A stretch of DNA of 64,000 bases from assembly GCA_965112735.1 (NCBI GenBank), contig OZ218950.1, forward strand, positions 1,302,001 to 1,366,000. Reading direction: 5' to 3'. A program made the position numbers and the translations under genes. The DNA comes from Phaeosaccion multiseriatum. Lineage: Eukaryota > Protista > Ochrophyta, other classes. Below the pieces are notes generated by a model, which searched no databases, was not told the origin of the DNA, and saw only the letters and a list, made by a program, of their open reading frames with translations. Shown piece by piece: positions 11,201 through 23,200 of the stretch. Each line of letters begins with the position of its first letter. Position 1 is the stretch's first letter.

Positions 11201-14200
11201 TCGTTCTCACTGTGCGATTTGCCAGAGAGGCGATGGCCAAAGGGAGAAGAGGGGTGAACACAAACAGGAATGGAAGCACTCCACACATAAGCGCACGTAC
11301 CCATCGGGCGATAAGAAACCACTTCCCTTCAGCCTTTCGAAGCTCTGCGTGCCCAGCAACAGATTCACGCCGCCCACTACGGCTGCGTCGCACTTGCCCA
11401 TGCGTAAGCTGCTGCAAGCGCTGTCCAGGGCCACCAGAGAGGACGAGCACGCCGTGTCAGTGGTCATGGACGGGCCCTGCAGTCCGAGCGTGTACGACAG
11501 ACGATTGGACACGCTTGCCCCGGCTGCGCCCATGGTGCTATACGCGCCTGTCGAGGATGAGCCTTCCCCGACTGCTCCCCAGTCACTGCCGCTCATGCCC
11601 ACGAACACTCCGGTCTGACTGCCACTCAGGCTTCGCTTGGTATAGCCCGCATTCACAAGCGCCTCCAGTCCCACCTCCAGCATCACCCGTTGGTGTGGGT
11701 CCATGGCAGAAGCCTCAGGACTGGATATGCCGAACACAGATGAATCGAACATTTCCACGCCGTCGATGAAGCTTCCTTGCCACTGCTGCTCATCCTCCTC
11801 TTTGCTCGCCCAGCGGTCGAGCGGAGCAGGCTGGACACAGTCCTTGCCATTGCTAAGCATGGCCCAAAACTCCTCTGGACTGTTCGAACCACCTGGCAAG
11901 CGGCAGGCCATGCCCACCACTGCCAACGGTGCCTTCGTGTCGCCCCCTTGGTATCCAACCGACTCACTCTCACCCTCATCATCCTCCTCAGATCCCATCA
12001 CCAAGGTTTCCAGCCAGGTAGACAGTGCTAGGACTGAGGGGTGACTGAAGAGCACGTCGTTGGGGACGGACACGCCGAAGCGAGCTTGGAGTCGACTCCG
12101 AAGCTCCACCGTAGACATGGAGTCCAGCCCAGCATCCATCAAAGGCATATCAGCCTCGAGCATGGTGCCCGCTTCACCAATGCATGCCGTTGCGATCTCC
12201 GTGATGACGCCTTCCAGCATGGGCTTCCGACTCGGCTCTGGCATCTCCAGCAGGTCACGCCTCATGGCAGCAGTAACGCTGTTCTCCACCCTGCTACCCA
12301 AGTCCGCACCCTCTACGAGGGCCTCAAGCATTGTCGAGCCACCAAAAGCCCCCGGCGCGGATGCTTGCCAGTCCATTCCCGGCGCCACCAGGAGCTCGCG
12401 TGATGCCGCAGATGGGGCTGACACGCTGGCATCAAGCGCGGCCATACCCAATGCCTTACTGATGAGCCCAACGCCGGCCATCTCCAGACTGGCCATGGCA
12501 ACTTCGGACCGAGCGGCCATGCCAGCTTCGCCCCACGGCCCCCACTGCAGGGCCACAGAGCTGGAGTGACCGAGACGCCGACGATGCTGCATCAGCCCGT
12601 CCACAGCAGCGTTGGCTGCAGCATAGTTGGCCTGGCCTGCATTGCCTAGCACACCTGCCATGGATGTGTAGGACACAAAGAAGTCCAAGGGCCAGGCCAT
12701 CTGCAGCGACAGCTCGTGCAGATTCCAAGCGCCCTCCACCTTCGGCTTGAAGACCTCTTCGATACTCTCGGGCGTCTGGTCCACCAGCAAGCGATCGTCG
12801 AGCACGCCAGCAGCATGGATGACACCTCGCACGGGCGGCATGCTGCTGAGCGCCGTGCCTAGGGCCTTCTCAAGCGACTGCGCGCTAGACACATCGCACG
12901 ATACAGCCCTGGTGCTCACCCCGCCGGGCACGTTGAGAAGCTCCTCCCACAGCGCCTGGGAGTCCGCCTTGACCTTTCCCCCTCGCGAGAGCAGTACAAG
13001 ATGACGAGCTCCTTTATCAGCCAAATGCTTCGCAGTCGCCAGCCCCAGTGCCCCCAGCCCACCGCTGATAACGTAAGTCCCATCTCGCACGACGGGAATG
13101 CCACACTCAGGGCTACTGAGCACAACCTTCCCTATATGCTTCGCAGTTCTGAGGAAGTTCATTGCCTCCGCAAGCTCATCCCTCAAGTCGAACGCCTTCA
13201 CTGGTAGCGCCTCAGCCCTGCCCGCCTCACTGTCCGCTGTCAGCTGCTCCAGCCCAGCGAACGCCCAGCCCTGCTTCTCGGCCTTGAAGTCGTCTGCTAT
13301 CATGGAGTCCAGCTCAATCAGCTCGTACAGCACGTCGGGCCTGGCAGCCTTCATCGCCTCCCTGGTCCACACGCCTCGCTTGCCGATCTCCATGAAGCGC
13401 CCGTTCTTCGTCAGCAGCTCCAGAGAGTAAGGGATGAAGTTGTCGGACAGGCAATTGAGCACCACATCCACCTTTGCAGCTCCCATGGAAGCCTTGAAGG
13501 CCTCCGCATCTCGCGACGACGCAATGTTCTTCACGCCCAGGCCTCGCAAGTAGGCGTGCTTCTCCTCGGATCCAGCAGTGGCGTAGATCTCCGCTCCGAT
13601 GCGCTGAGCAATCTGCACGGCGACCAGACCCACTCCACCTGACGCGGCATGGATGAGCACCTTCTCACCACGCTTCAAGCCAGCGAGTTGCTCAAAGGCG
13701 TGCACCACTGTGAGCCACGCGACAGGCAGCGCTGCCATGTCATCGAAGGTTCTGTTAGAAGGCATGTTGGCCAGACACACGTCACTTGTCGTTACGTGGG
13801 AGCAGAAGCAGCCCTTGTCCGGAAACCCGTAGACCTTGTCTCCCACTTGAAAGCGCGAGTTTCGCGATGCCCGAGTGACCACCCCCGATAGCTCGATGCC
13901 AGGCTGTCCAGGGTCGCCAGGGTACAGGTCGAGCACGTTCAGCACGTCTCTGAAGTTGAGCCCCACCGCCTTGACACAAATTTCAATCTCCCCGTCCTGC
14001 AAGGCAGTGTCTCTCTGGGAAGGGAGTACGTCTCTGCGCTTCAAGCCTCCCTCGATGCTTCCCCTCGCCATGAGATCGAAGGAGTAGGGAAGGCTGACTA
14101 CCGAGGAGCGAGTCAGCTGAGGCGTCTCGCACTCTCCTCCTTGCACACGCACGTCCTGACTCTGAAGGGGAAGACACAACACCAAGCTCATGTCCTCCAC

Positions 14201-17200
14201 ATCCGCTTCCACGACCATGATCTGCATCTCTGGCCGCTCGATACGAACGGAGCGAATCATGCCAAAGACCAGCATGTGTGCCCATCCCTCGCCCCCCCCG
14301 CTCAGCGTGTCGTGTAGTAGCACCATCAAGGGGATTAGTCTCTTGGCCAGCTGCTGCGTTACCGCCAGCAGCTTCTGTGCTTCCTGCTGAGCGGCGCTGG
14401 CTGATGACCTTGCCGTCTGTCCCTCCTCTCTCCCACCGCCGATCACGTACAGCACTCGCGACCACTCGCCCCTCTCCAAGGCCCTCACCACATCCTGGTC
14501 ATAGGCACGCTCCTGCACACGCAGCGTAACGTGCTCGGGCACTGATTGCTCAATACGCTTCACCAACGCTGTAGCTGCACTTACTCTATCTACCAAAGCC
14601 AGCCACGTCTCCTTCTCCACACCATCCTTCCCCGTGGTGGTTGCCAGAGCCAGAGCCTTGTCTGGCTGCCACTCCAGATAGTATAAGGCTCGACGAAGAG
14701 GGTTCAGGAGCGTAAAGCCCTTGGCCCTCTGCAGCTTGACGCCCTTCATGGTCACGAGCACGTACTGGCTGTCAAAGTCGGCAATGACAATGTCAAAGTT
14801 GACGCTGTCGCGCTTGTCGCTGATCTCGGTGAGCACGGTATGCACCCACACCTTGTCTCCTCTGATGGCGCCCTTCGCAACCACGTCATTGCATCCAGCT
14901 GGCAAGAACGTACCACCCTTGGTTAGATCAGAAGGTAGAAGCGCAAGCATGGTGTGTGCGGCACTGTCCAGCACGGCGGGGTGGAGGTAGAATCCACGCA
15001 CCTCCCACTCAGAGCACAGGCTGGGGTCCTGCGCTGTCGATACGGACAGAGCCTGTCCCTCGGCAGCGTACAAGCGCTCTGTCCGCCTGAAGCGGGGGCC
15101 GTAGTTGAAGCCGGCCTTGGCGAACGTGGCGTACAGCTCACCCGACACGTCTCGCTGCCCCACTGCCTCCTGGATGCTCCTCACGTCCATCATTGCAGTA
15201 GCCTCTCTTGCCTCCAGCACCACTGACGCCGCCCTGGCCACAGCCTCACCTGCCTTGCCGCGGGAGCCGCCCGTGATCCGCGTCTTACCGTGGGCAGAGA
15301 GGAACACGTTCACCTCCGAGCATGCCACCGTCGTGGACCCATCCACCATCCGCTCCACGCCAGGTACACAGACGCCTGCCACCTCCAGCGGGGCCGTGAA
15401 GACGAGGCCCTTCATGCGCACCTGGCCATCTGCGGGGAAGGCCTCGCCCCTCAGCAGCGTGGCCAGGGCCAGCTCAATGTAGCCCATGCCCGGCATGAGC
15501 ACCACCCCCCCCACTGCGTGCTCCTGCAGCAGGCCCTTGAGCCTTGGAGAGAATGGGCAGGACAGCAGCACCCCGCCCTTCTCATCTCGCACCCCTCCAC
15601 TCGGAAATAAAGCGTGATTATCGCTCTTGTACCACGGGAAGGCCACACGATTCGGGAAGAGCGCCTCCTCCTTGACGAAGGGGCCCCCATCGCTTTTCAT
15701 ACCAGCCGTCAGTACGGAGTCACTCTTCTCCCCATGGCTCCTCAGCAGCACGTGTGCATTCGTTCCTCCCGCCCCGAATGAGCTCACCCCCACCAACATA
15801 TCTCCCTCGTCCTCCAGCTGCACCATCACCGACGGGAGCTGCACGGGGAAGCCGTCCATGTCCAGCTCCGGGTTGACGCTCTTGAGGTGAAGGTTGGCGG
15901 GCACGGCGCGGTGCTGCAGCATCAAGACGGCCTTGATGAGCCCGGCAATGCCCGCCGCACCCTCCAGATGGCCAATGTTGGTCTTGACTGCACCCACCAC
16001 AAGCCGGAAAGAGTCGTCACGGTTCTTCCCGTACGTGGCCTTCAGAGCGCTCATCTCGATGGGGTCGCCTAGCGAGGTTCCCGTGCCGTGCGCCTCCACG
16101 ATGCGTACCTCGGAGCCCTCTCGACCGGCCTCACGCAGCGTCGCCTCGATGAGTCTCTGCTGGGCGGCGGGGCTGGGGGCCGTGAGGCGGGCACTGGTTC
16201 CGTTGTGGTTCACGGCACAGCCCTCAATCACAGCGAGGACCGTGTCTCCGGCAGCGAGGGCGTCATCCAAAAGTTTCAGCACAACGGCACCGCATCCTTC
16301 ACCACGCACGTATCCGTTTGCCGACGCGTCGAACGTCTTGCAGCGCCTGAGAAGGGCATGGGAATTGTGGGATGGGGTGAGATAAGTTGACTTGGTAAGG
16401 CACTCAAGTCGTTCTCACTGTGCGATTTGCCAGAGAGGCGATGGCCAAAGGGAGAAGAGGGGTGAACACAAACAGGAATGGAAGCACTCCACACATAAGC
16501 GCACGTACCCGTCGGGCGATAAGAAACCACTTCCCTTCAGCCTTTCGAAGCTCTGCGTGCCCAGCAACAGATTCACGCCGCCCACTACGGCTGCGTCGCA
16601 CTTGCCCATGCGTAAGCTGCTGCAAGCGCTGTCCAGGGCCACCAGAGAGGACGAGCACGCCGTGTCAGTGGTCATGGACGGGCCCTGCAGTCCGAGCGTG
16701 TACGACAGACGATTGGACACGCTTGCCCCGGCTGCGCCCATGGTGCTATACGCGCCTGTCGAGGATGAGCCTTCCCCGACTGCTCCCCAGTCACTGCCGC
16801 TCATGCCCACGAACACTCCGGTCTGACTGCCACTCAGGCTTCGCTTGGTATAGCCCGCATTCACAAGCGCCTCCAGTCCCACCTCCAGCATCACCCGTTG
16901 GTGTGGGTCCATGGCAGAAGCCTCAGGACTGGATATGCCGAACACAGATGAATCGAACATTTCCACGCCGTCGATGAAGCTTCCTTGCCACTGCTGCTCA
17001 TCCTCCTCCTTGCTCGCCCAGCGGTCGAGCGGAGCAGGCTGGACACAGTCCTTGCCATTGCTAAGCATGGCCCAAAACTCCTCTGGGCTGTTCGAACCAC
17101 CTGGCAAGCGGCAGGCCATGCCCACCACTGCCAACGGTGCCTTCGTGTCGCCCCCTTGGTATCCAACCGACTCACTCTCACCCTCATCATCCTCCTCAGA

Positions 17201-20200
17201 TCCCATCACCAAGGTTTCCAGCCAGGTAGACAGTGCTAGGACTGAGGGGTGACTGAAGAGCACGTCGTTGGGGACCGGCACGCCGAAGCGAGCTTGGAGT
17301 CGACTCCGAAGCTCCACCGTAGACATAGAGTCCAGCCCAGCCTCCATCAAAGGCCTCAAAGCGTCGAGCTCGATGCCTGCTTCCCCAATGCATGCTTTTG
17401 CCATCTCCATGATTAAAGCCTGCAGCATGGGCTTTCGCTCTCCCTCCGACAGCTCCAGTAGGTCGCGCTTAACCTCGGTAGTTACGCTGTTGCTAGCCTT
17501 GTTCTGCGGTCCAACCATCGAAGCCTCTCTAACGAGAGCATCAAGCATCCCCGGGTTGCCAGCAGCCTGAGAAAAGGCGGGCCAGTCCATGCCAGGCAGG
17601 ACCAAGAGCTCGCGCGATACCGCAGATGGGGCCGACACGCCGGCATCAAGCGCCGCCATACCCAATGCCTTACTGATGAGCCCAACGCCGGCCATCTCCA
17701 GACTGGCCATGGCAACTTCGGACCGAGCGGCCATGCCAGCTTCGCCCCACGGCCCCCACTGCAGGGCCACAGAGCTGGAGTGACCGAGACGCCGACGATG
17801 CTGCATCAGCCCGTCCACAGCAGCGTTGGCTGCAGCATAGTTGGCCTGGCCTGCATTGCCTAGCACACCTGCCATGGATGTGTAGGACACAAAGAAATCC
17901 AAGGGCCAGGCCATCTGCACCGACAGCTCGTGCAGATTCCAAGCGCCCTCCACCTTCGGCTTGAAGACCTCTTCGATACTCTCGGGCGTCTGGTCCACCA
18001 ACAAGCGATCGTCGAGCACGCCAGCAGCGTGGATGACACCTCGCACGGGCGGCATGCTGCTGAGCGCCGTGCCTAGGGCCTTCTCAAGCGACTGCGCGCT
18101 AGACACGTCGCACGACACAGCCCTGGTGCTCACACCGCCGGGCACGGTGAGAAGCTCCTCCCACAGCGCCTGGGAGTCCGCCTTGACCTTTCCCCCTCGC
18201 GAGAGCAGTACAAGATGACGAGCTCCTTTATCAGCCAAATGCTTCGCAGTCGCCAGCCCCAGTGCCCCCAGCCCACCGCTGATAACGTAAGTCCCATCTC
18301 GCATGACGGGAATGCCACACTCAGGGCTTTTGAGCACAACCTTCCCAATGTGCTTCGCAGTTCTGAGGAAGTTCATTGCCTCCGCAAGCTCATCCCTCAA
18401 GTCGAACGCCTTCACTGGTAGCGCCTCAGCCCTGCCCGCCTCACTGTCCGCTGTCAGCTGCTCCAGCCCAGCGAACGCCCAGCCCTGCTTCTCGGCCTTG
18501 AAGTCGTCTGCTATCATGGAGTCCAGCTCAATCAGCTCGTACAGCACGTCGGGCCTGGCAGCCTTCATCGCCTCCCTGGTCCACACGCCTCGCTTGCCGA
18601 TCTCCATGAAGCGCCCGTTCTTCGTCAGCAGCTCCAGAGAGTAAGGGATGAAGTTGTCGGACAGGCAATTGAGCACCACATCCACCTTTGCAGCTCCCAT
18701 GGAAGCCTTGAAGGCCTCCGCATCTCGCGACGACGCAATGTTCTTCACGCCCAGGCCTCGCAAGTAGGCGTGCTTCTCCTCGGATCCAGCAGTGGCGTAG
18801 ATCTCCGCTCCGATGCGCTGAGCAATCTGCACGGCCACCAGACCCACTCCACCTGACGCGGCATGGATGAGCACCTTCTCACCACGCTTCAAGCCAGCGA
18901 GTTGCTCAAAGGCGTGCACCACTGTGAGCCACGCGATAGGCAGCGCTGCCATGTCATCGAAGGACCTGTTAGAAGGCATGTTGGCCAGACACACGTCACT
19001 TGTCGTTACGTGGGAGCAGAAGCAGCCCTTATCCGGAAACCCGTAGACCTTGTCTCCCACTTGAAAGCGCGAGTTTCGCGATGCTCGAGTGACCACTCCC
19101 GATAACTCGATGCCAGGCTGCCCAGGGTCGCCAGGGTACAGGTCGAGCACGTTCAGCACGTCTCTGAAGTTGAGCCCCACCGCCTTGACACAAATTTCAA
19201 TCTCCCCGTCCTGCAAGGCAGCGTGTCTCTCGGAAGGGAGTACGTCTCTGCGCTTCAAGCCTCCCTCGATGCTTCCCCTCGCCATGAGATCGAAGGAGAA
19301 GGGAAGACTGACTACCGAGGAGCGAGTCAGCTGAGGCGTGAGATATCGTCCGTCTCGCACCCAAACGTCCTGCCCCAGTGATGCAATGGCCCAGCACTTG
19401 GGCAGGTCCTCGCTGCCCACGTCCACCACCGTCATGGCCAGCGAAGGGTGCTCGACACGAGCGGTTCGAATCATGCCGTACACCCAGTGATGCCTCCACC
19501 CCTCGCCGCCACTCAGCGTGTCCTGCACCAGCACCATCAAGGGAGCTGGCCTTCGTAAGAGCTGCTGTAGCAACAAAAGGAGTGTCTGTGCCTCTTGGCT
19601 GGGGCTCTGCTGCTTGCCGCCGAACAAGGTGCACACCACACGGCCCCATCCTGCTGGCGCTTCTGAAGCGAGGGTGGAGTCGTCGATGATCTTGACCTCC
19701 CTCTCCGTCAGTGTCACAGAGATGGGCAAGCTCTCTTTCGCTGCCTTGTCCAAGCTGCCACGAGCGCCGCTGGTGAGGAGCAGCCAAGCTTCCTCTCGCT
19801 CTTCCACGTCACCTCTGCTGCGGGAGATGGAATCGTTGGGCAGCCACTCTAGAGAATACAGCGCTCGGCTGACGGGGTTGGTGCGGGAGAAGCCTCGGGC
19901 GAGCTGCATCCGGAAGCGGTTAAGCTGCACGAGCACTTGCTTCGTCTCGAAGTGTGCTATCACGATGTCGCACTCGATCGCAAGAGCTTGAGAGTCCACC
20001 TCCTTCACCACCGCATGAACCCACACCTTCTCGCTCGTGATGGCCCCTCGCACAAGCACCTCTTCGCAGCCGGTGGGCAAGAAGACGGCGGCAAAGGCCT
20101 TGCTCGTCAGCTCCTCCGGCAAGAGCGCCAACATCGTGTGCGCGGCATTATCCAACACTGCAGGGTGGAGGTAGAAGCCGTTGATCTCCCACTCCGCCGA

Positions 20201-23200
20201 TAGGCTGCCATCCATTGCCGCCGCAACCGACAAGGCCTGTCCACTGGCTGCGAACAGGTGCTGCGTTCGGACAAAGCTGGCACCGTAGTCATAACCAGCA
20301 CTGGCAAGCTTGAGGTAGAGCCCCTCGGCGATGTCTTCGTCCCCAACCGTGGCTCTCACCCGCGCCACGTCCAATGTCTCTGCCTCCGTCCTTGCGCGCA
20401 ATTGGAGGGAAGTCGCCTTCGCCACCGTCTCCCCAGCCTTGCCGCGAGGACCTCCGATAAACTGCACGCTGCCGCGGGCAGTGACGAAGGCACTGACTTC
20501 AGAAGCGACCACAGTGGTGGAGCCCTCCACCGTACGGTCCACATCGGGGGCACGAGCGCCTGCAATTTCCAGTGGAGACATGAAGACCAGGCCCTTCAGG
20601 ACCACTTGCCTCTCGCCAGGGAAAGGCTTGCCCTTCAGCAAGGCGGCAAGGCCAATCTCGACGTACCCCATGCCCGGCATGAGCACCACTCCTCCCACCG
20701 CGTGATCTTGCAGCAAGCCCTTGAGCTGAGGGGTGAAGCGGCATGAGAGGAGTGTTCCTCCCTTCTTCTCGACGACGCCGCCGCTTGGTACCATCGCATG
20801 CGCGTGCTGCTCGAACCAAGGGAGCGCACGACGGGTGGGGAACAGAGGTGTGGGCTTGCCCAGTACTGCCGCCACTGCTCTGTCGAACGAGGCGGTGTCG
20901 CTCCCCTCCCGCCGCATGGACGGCTGCCACATCACGTCCGACCTCTCTCCCTCGCATTGCCGCGCCATGTTGATCAGCACAGAGCTGGGCCCAATCTCTA
21001 CCACTCGTACACCCTCAGGCCTCTCCCGGAGCAGCGTGGTGATACTCTCCGCGAACAGCACCGGCGATAGCATGTGTTGCACCCAGTACGCTACCTGCGT
21101 CACCTCCTCAGCCTTCACCACCTCGCCTGTCACGTTGGACACCAGGGGGATGCGTGGGGCGCTGAGTGACACCTGCCTCAGAGCCTCCTCCAGCGCACGC
21201 ACAGCGGGCTCCATCAGAGGAGAGTGGAAGGCGTGCGACACCTCCAGAGCCTTGCAGCCCACCCCATCTGCCGTCAGCCTCTCCACCACCTTGTCCACAG
21301 CGGTGCGAGCGCCAGAAATCACGCAGGCCTGAGGGCCGTTGGAGGACGCCAGCACCACCTCGCCTGCCACCCCCGCAGCGATGATGCTCGCCAAAGTCGC
21401 CTCCTTGCCTGCCCGCACTGCAAACATCACTCCCTTGCCCTCGGGGCAGGCCTGCATGGCGGTTCCTCTCTTGGCGGACAGCATTAGCCCGTCCTCCAGC
21501 GACATGACGCCGGCCACGCACGCCGCCACTACCTCGCCCAGGCTGTGGCCCATCACCATCGACGGCTCCACTCCCTCCGACTTCCACAGCTCACACAGGG
21601 CGTACTCCAGCACAAACAGGCACGGCTGGCAGTAGCGTGTCTCCCTCAGCAGCGCCTGTGCAGTCTCCCCCTCCTCCTCCTCCCCGTCCTCAGCGACCGC
21701 CGGGTACATGAGCTCCACCACAGACTTGTCCAGCCAGGCCCGCTCCATGAGCAGCCTGCTGCACCGCTGCACGCACTCGCGAAAGACCGCACGCTGTTGA
21801 GGCACCAAAAGAGAGACACAGAGAGCGGAGGGAACAAGAGAGAGAGACGAATATGAGAACGAGGGCAGGTGGGCCGAGGTGATGGAGCACAACAGAGGCA
21901 ATGACAAGAGAGGACTGAGACGGAGATGGTGCGCGCAACGAATCAACTAACCTCGTCGTAGAGCTCCTTGCCCATTCCGGGGTACTGCGAGCCTTGCCCC
22001 GTGAAGACAAAGACGTGCGCAGGTGAGGCGACCTCCGTATCCTCACTCTCCTTCGGCGCTTTCGAGACCCCTCCCTCCACTCTCGGCGCAGCGCTGCTCA
22101 GCACCACATGAGCGTTGGTGCCTCCTGCTCCGAACGAGCTTACTCCTGCGTACAGCACCTCCTCGCTGTCATTGGGGTGTCCCTCCTCGCTACCCAATGG
22201 AGATAGTCTCGACGAAGGGAATGCCACCGCAAATCCATCAACACCAATCTCAGGATTGAGCTTGCCGAGGTGCAGATTGCGTGGAACAGCTCGGTGCTGA
22301 AGCGCGAGGATGGTCTTGATGAGTCCCGCGATGCCTGCGGCGCCCTCCAAGTGACCAATGTTGGTCTTGACAGCTCCCACCATGAGTGGGAAAGAGCTCT
22401 CCCGCCCTTCTCCGTACGCGGCTTTGAGAGCGCTCATCTCGATGGGGTCGCCAAGAGCCGTGCCCGTGCCGTGCGCCTCCACGAAGTGAACCTCGCTGCC
22501 CGCTACATCCGCCTCCTCCAAGGCTGCCTCAATCAGTGTCCGCTGTGCGTCTGGACTGGGTGCTGTGAGCCGCATAGAGCGCCCATTGTGGTTCACGGAG
22601 CTTCCCCGCACGACGGCCAGGATGTTGTCTCCGCTGCGCTCCGCGTCGTCAAGCCGCTTCACCACCAAGGCGCCGCAGCCCTCTCCTCGGACGTAGCCCT
22701 CAGCCGCTGCGTCGAAGGTCTTGCAGCGCCTTCGGTAGCAGCACGAGGCAGATGGGGGCAGAGAAGGAAGGACAAGCCGATGAGAGGGATGATGCTTGTG
22801 TTTACCTGTCAGCAAGCCCTCTATGACTCTACTCGAGTTACAGGAGCTCGATGCTCCCCAAGGCCAGCCCCCCCATTCTCCGTTCTCCGTACGTACCAGT
22901 CCTTGGACAAGAAACCTCCCTTGTCGAGCTGCTCGAAGGAACGGGAGCCGAGCAGCAGGTTCACTCCTCCCACAACCGCAGCATCGCACGTGCCGAAGCG
23001 AAGGTAGCGACAAGCCGTGTCCAAGGCAACGAGCGAGGAAGAGCAAAGCGTATCAACCGATATGCTTGGGCCTCGCAAGCCCAGTGCGTAGGACAGGCGA
23101 TTTGCAGGGCAGCCCGCTGACTCGCCCATCATGGAGTGAGCTTTGGTGTCACCATCCTTGTTCAGCGCGGCCCAGTCGCCGTGCTGCATGGAGCCCACGA

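Larger units (their letters stand above)
9660..21785. repeat. AT-domain duplication: ~9660-10395 similar to ~21045-21785
   Basis: Shared DNA and protein (ETRYCQPCLFVLEYALCELWKSEGVEPSMVMGHSLGE...HMLSPVLFAE). Confidence 0.88.
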
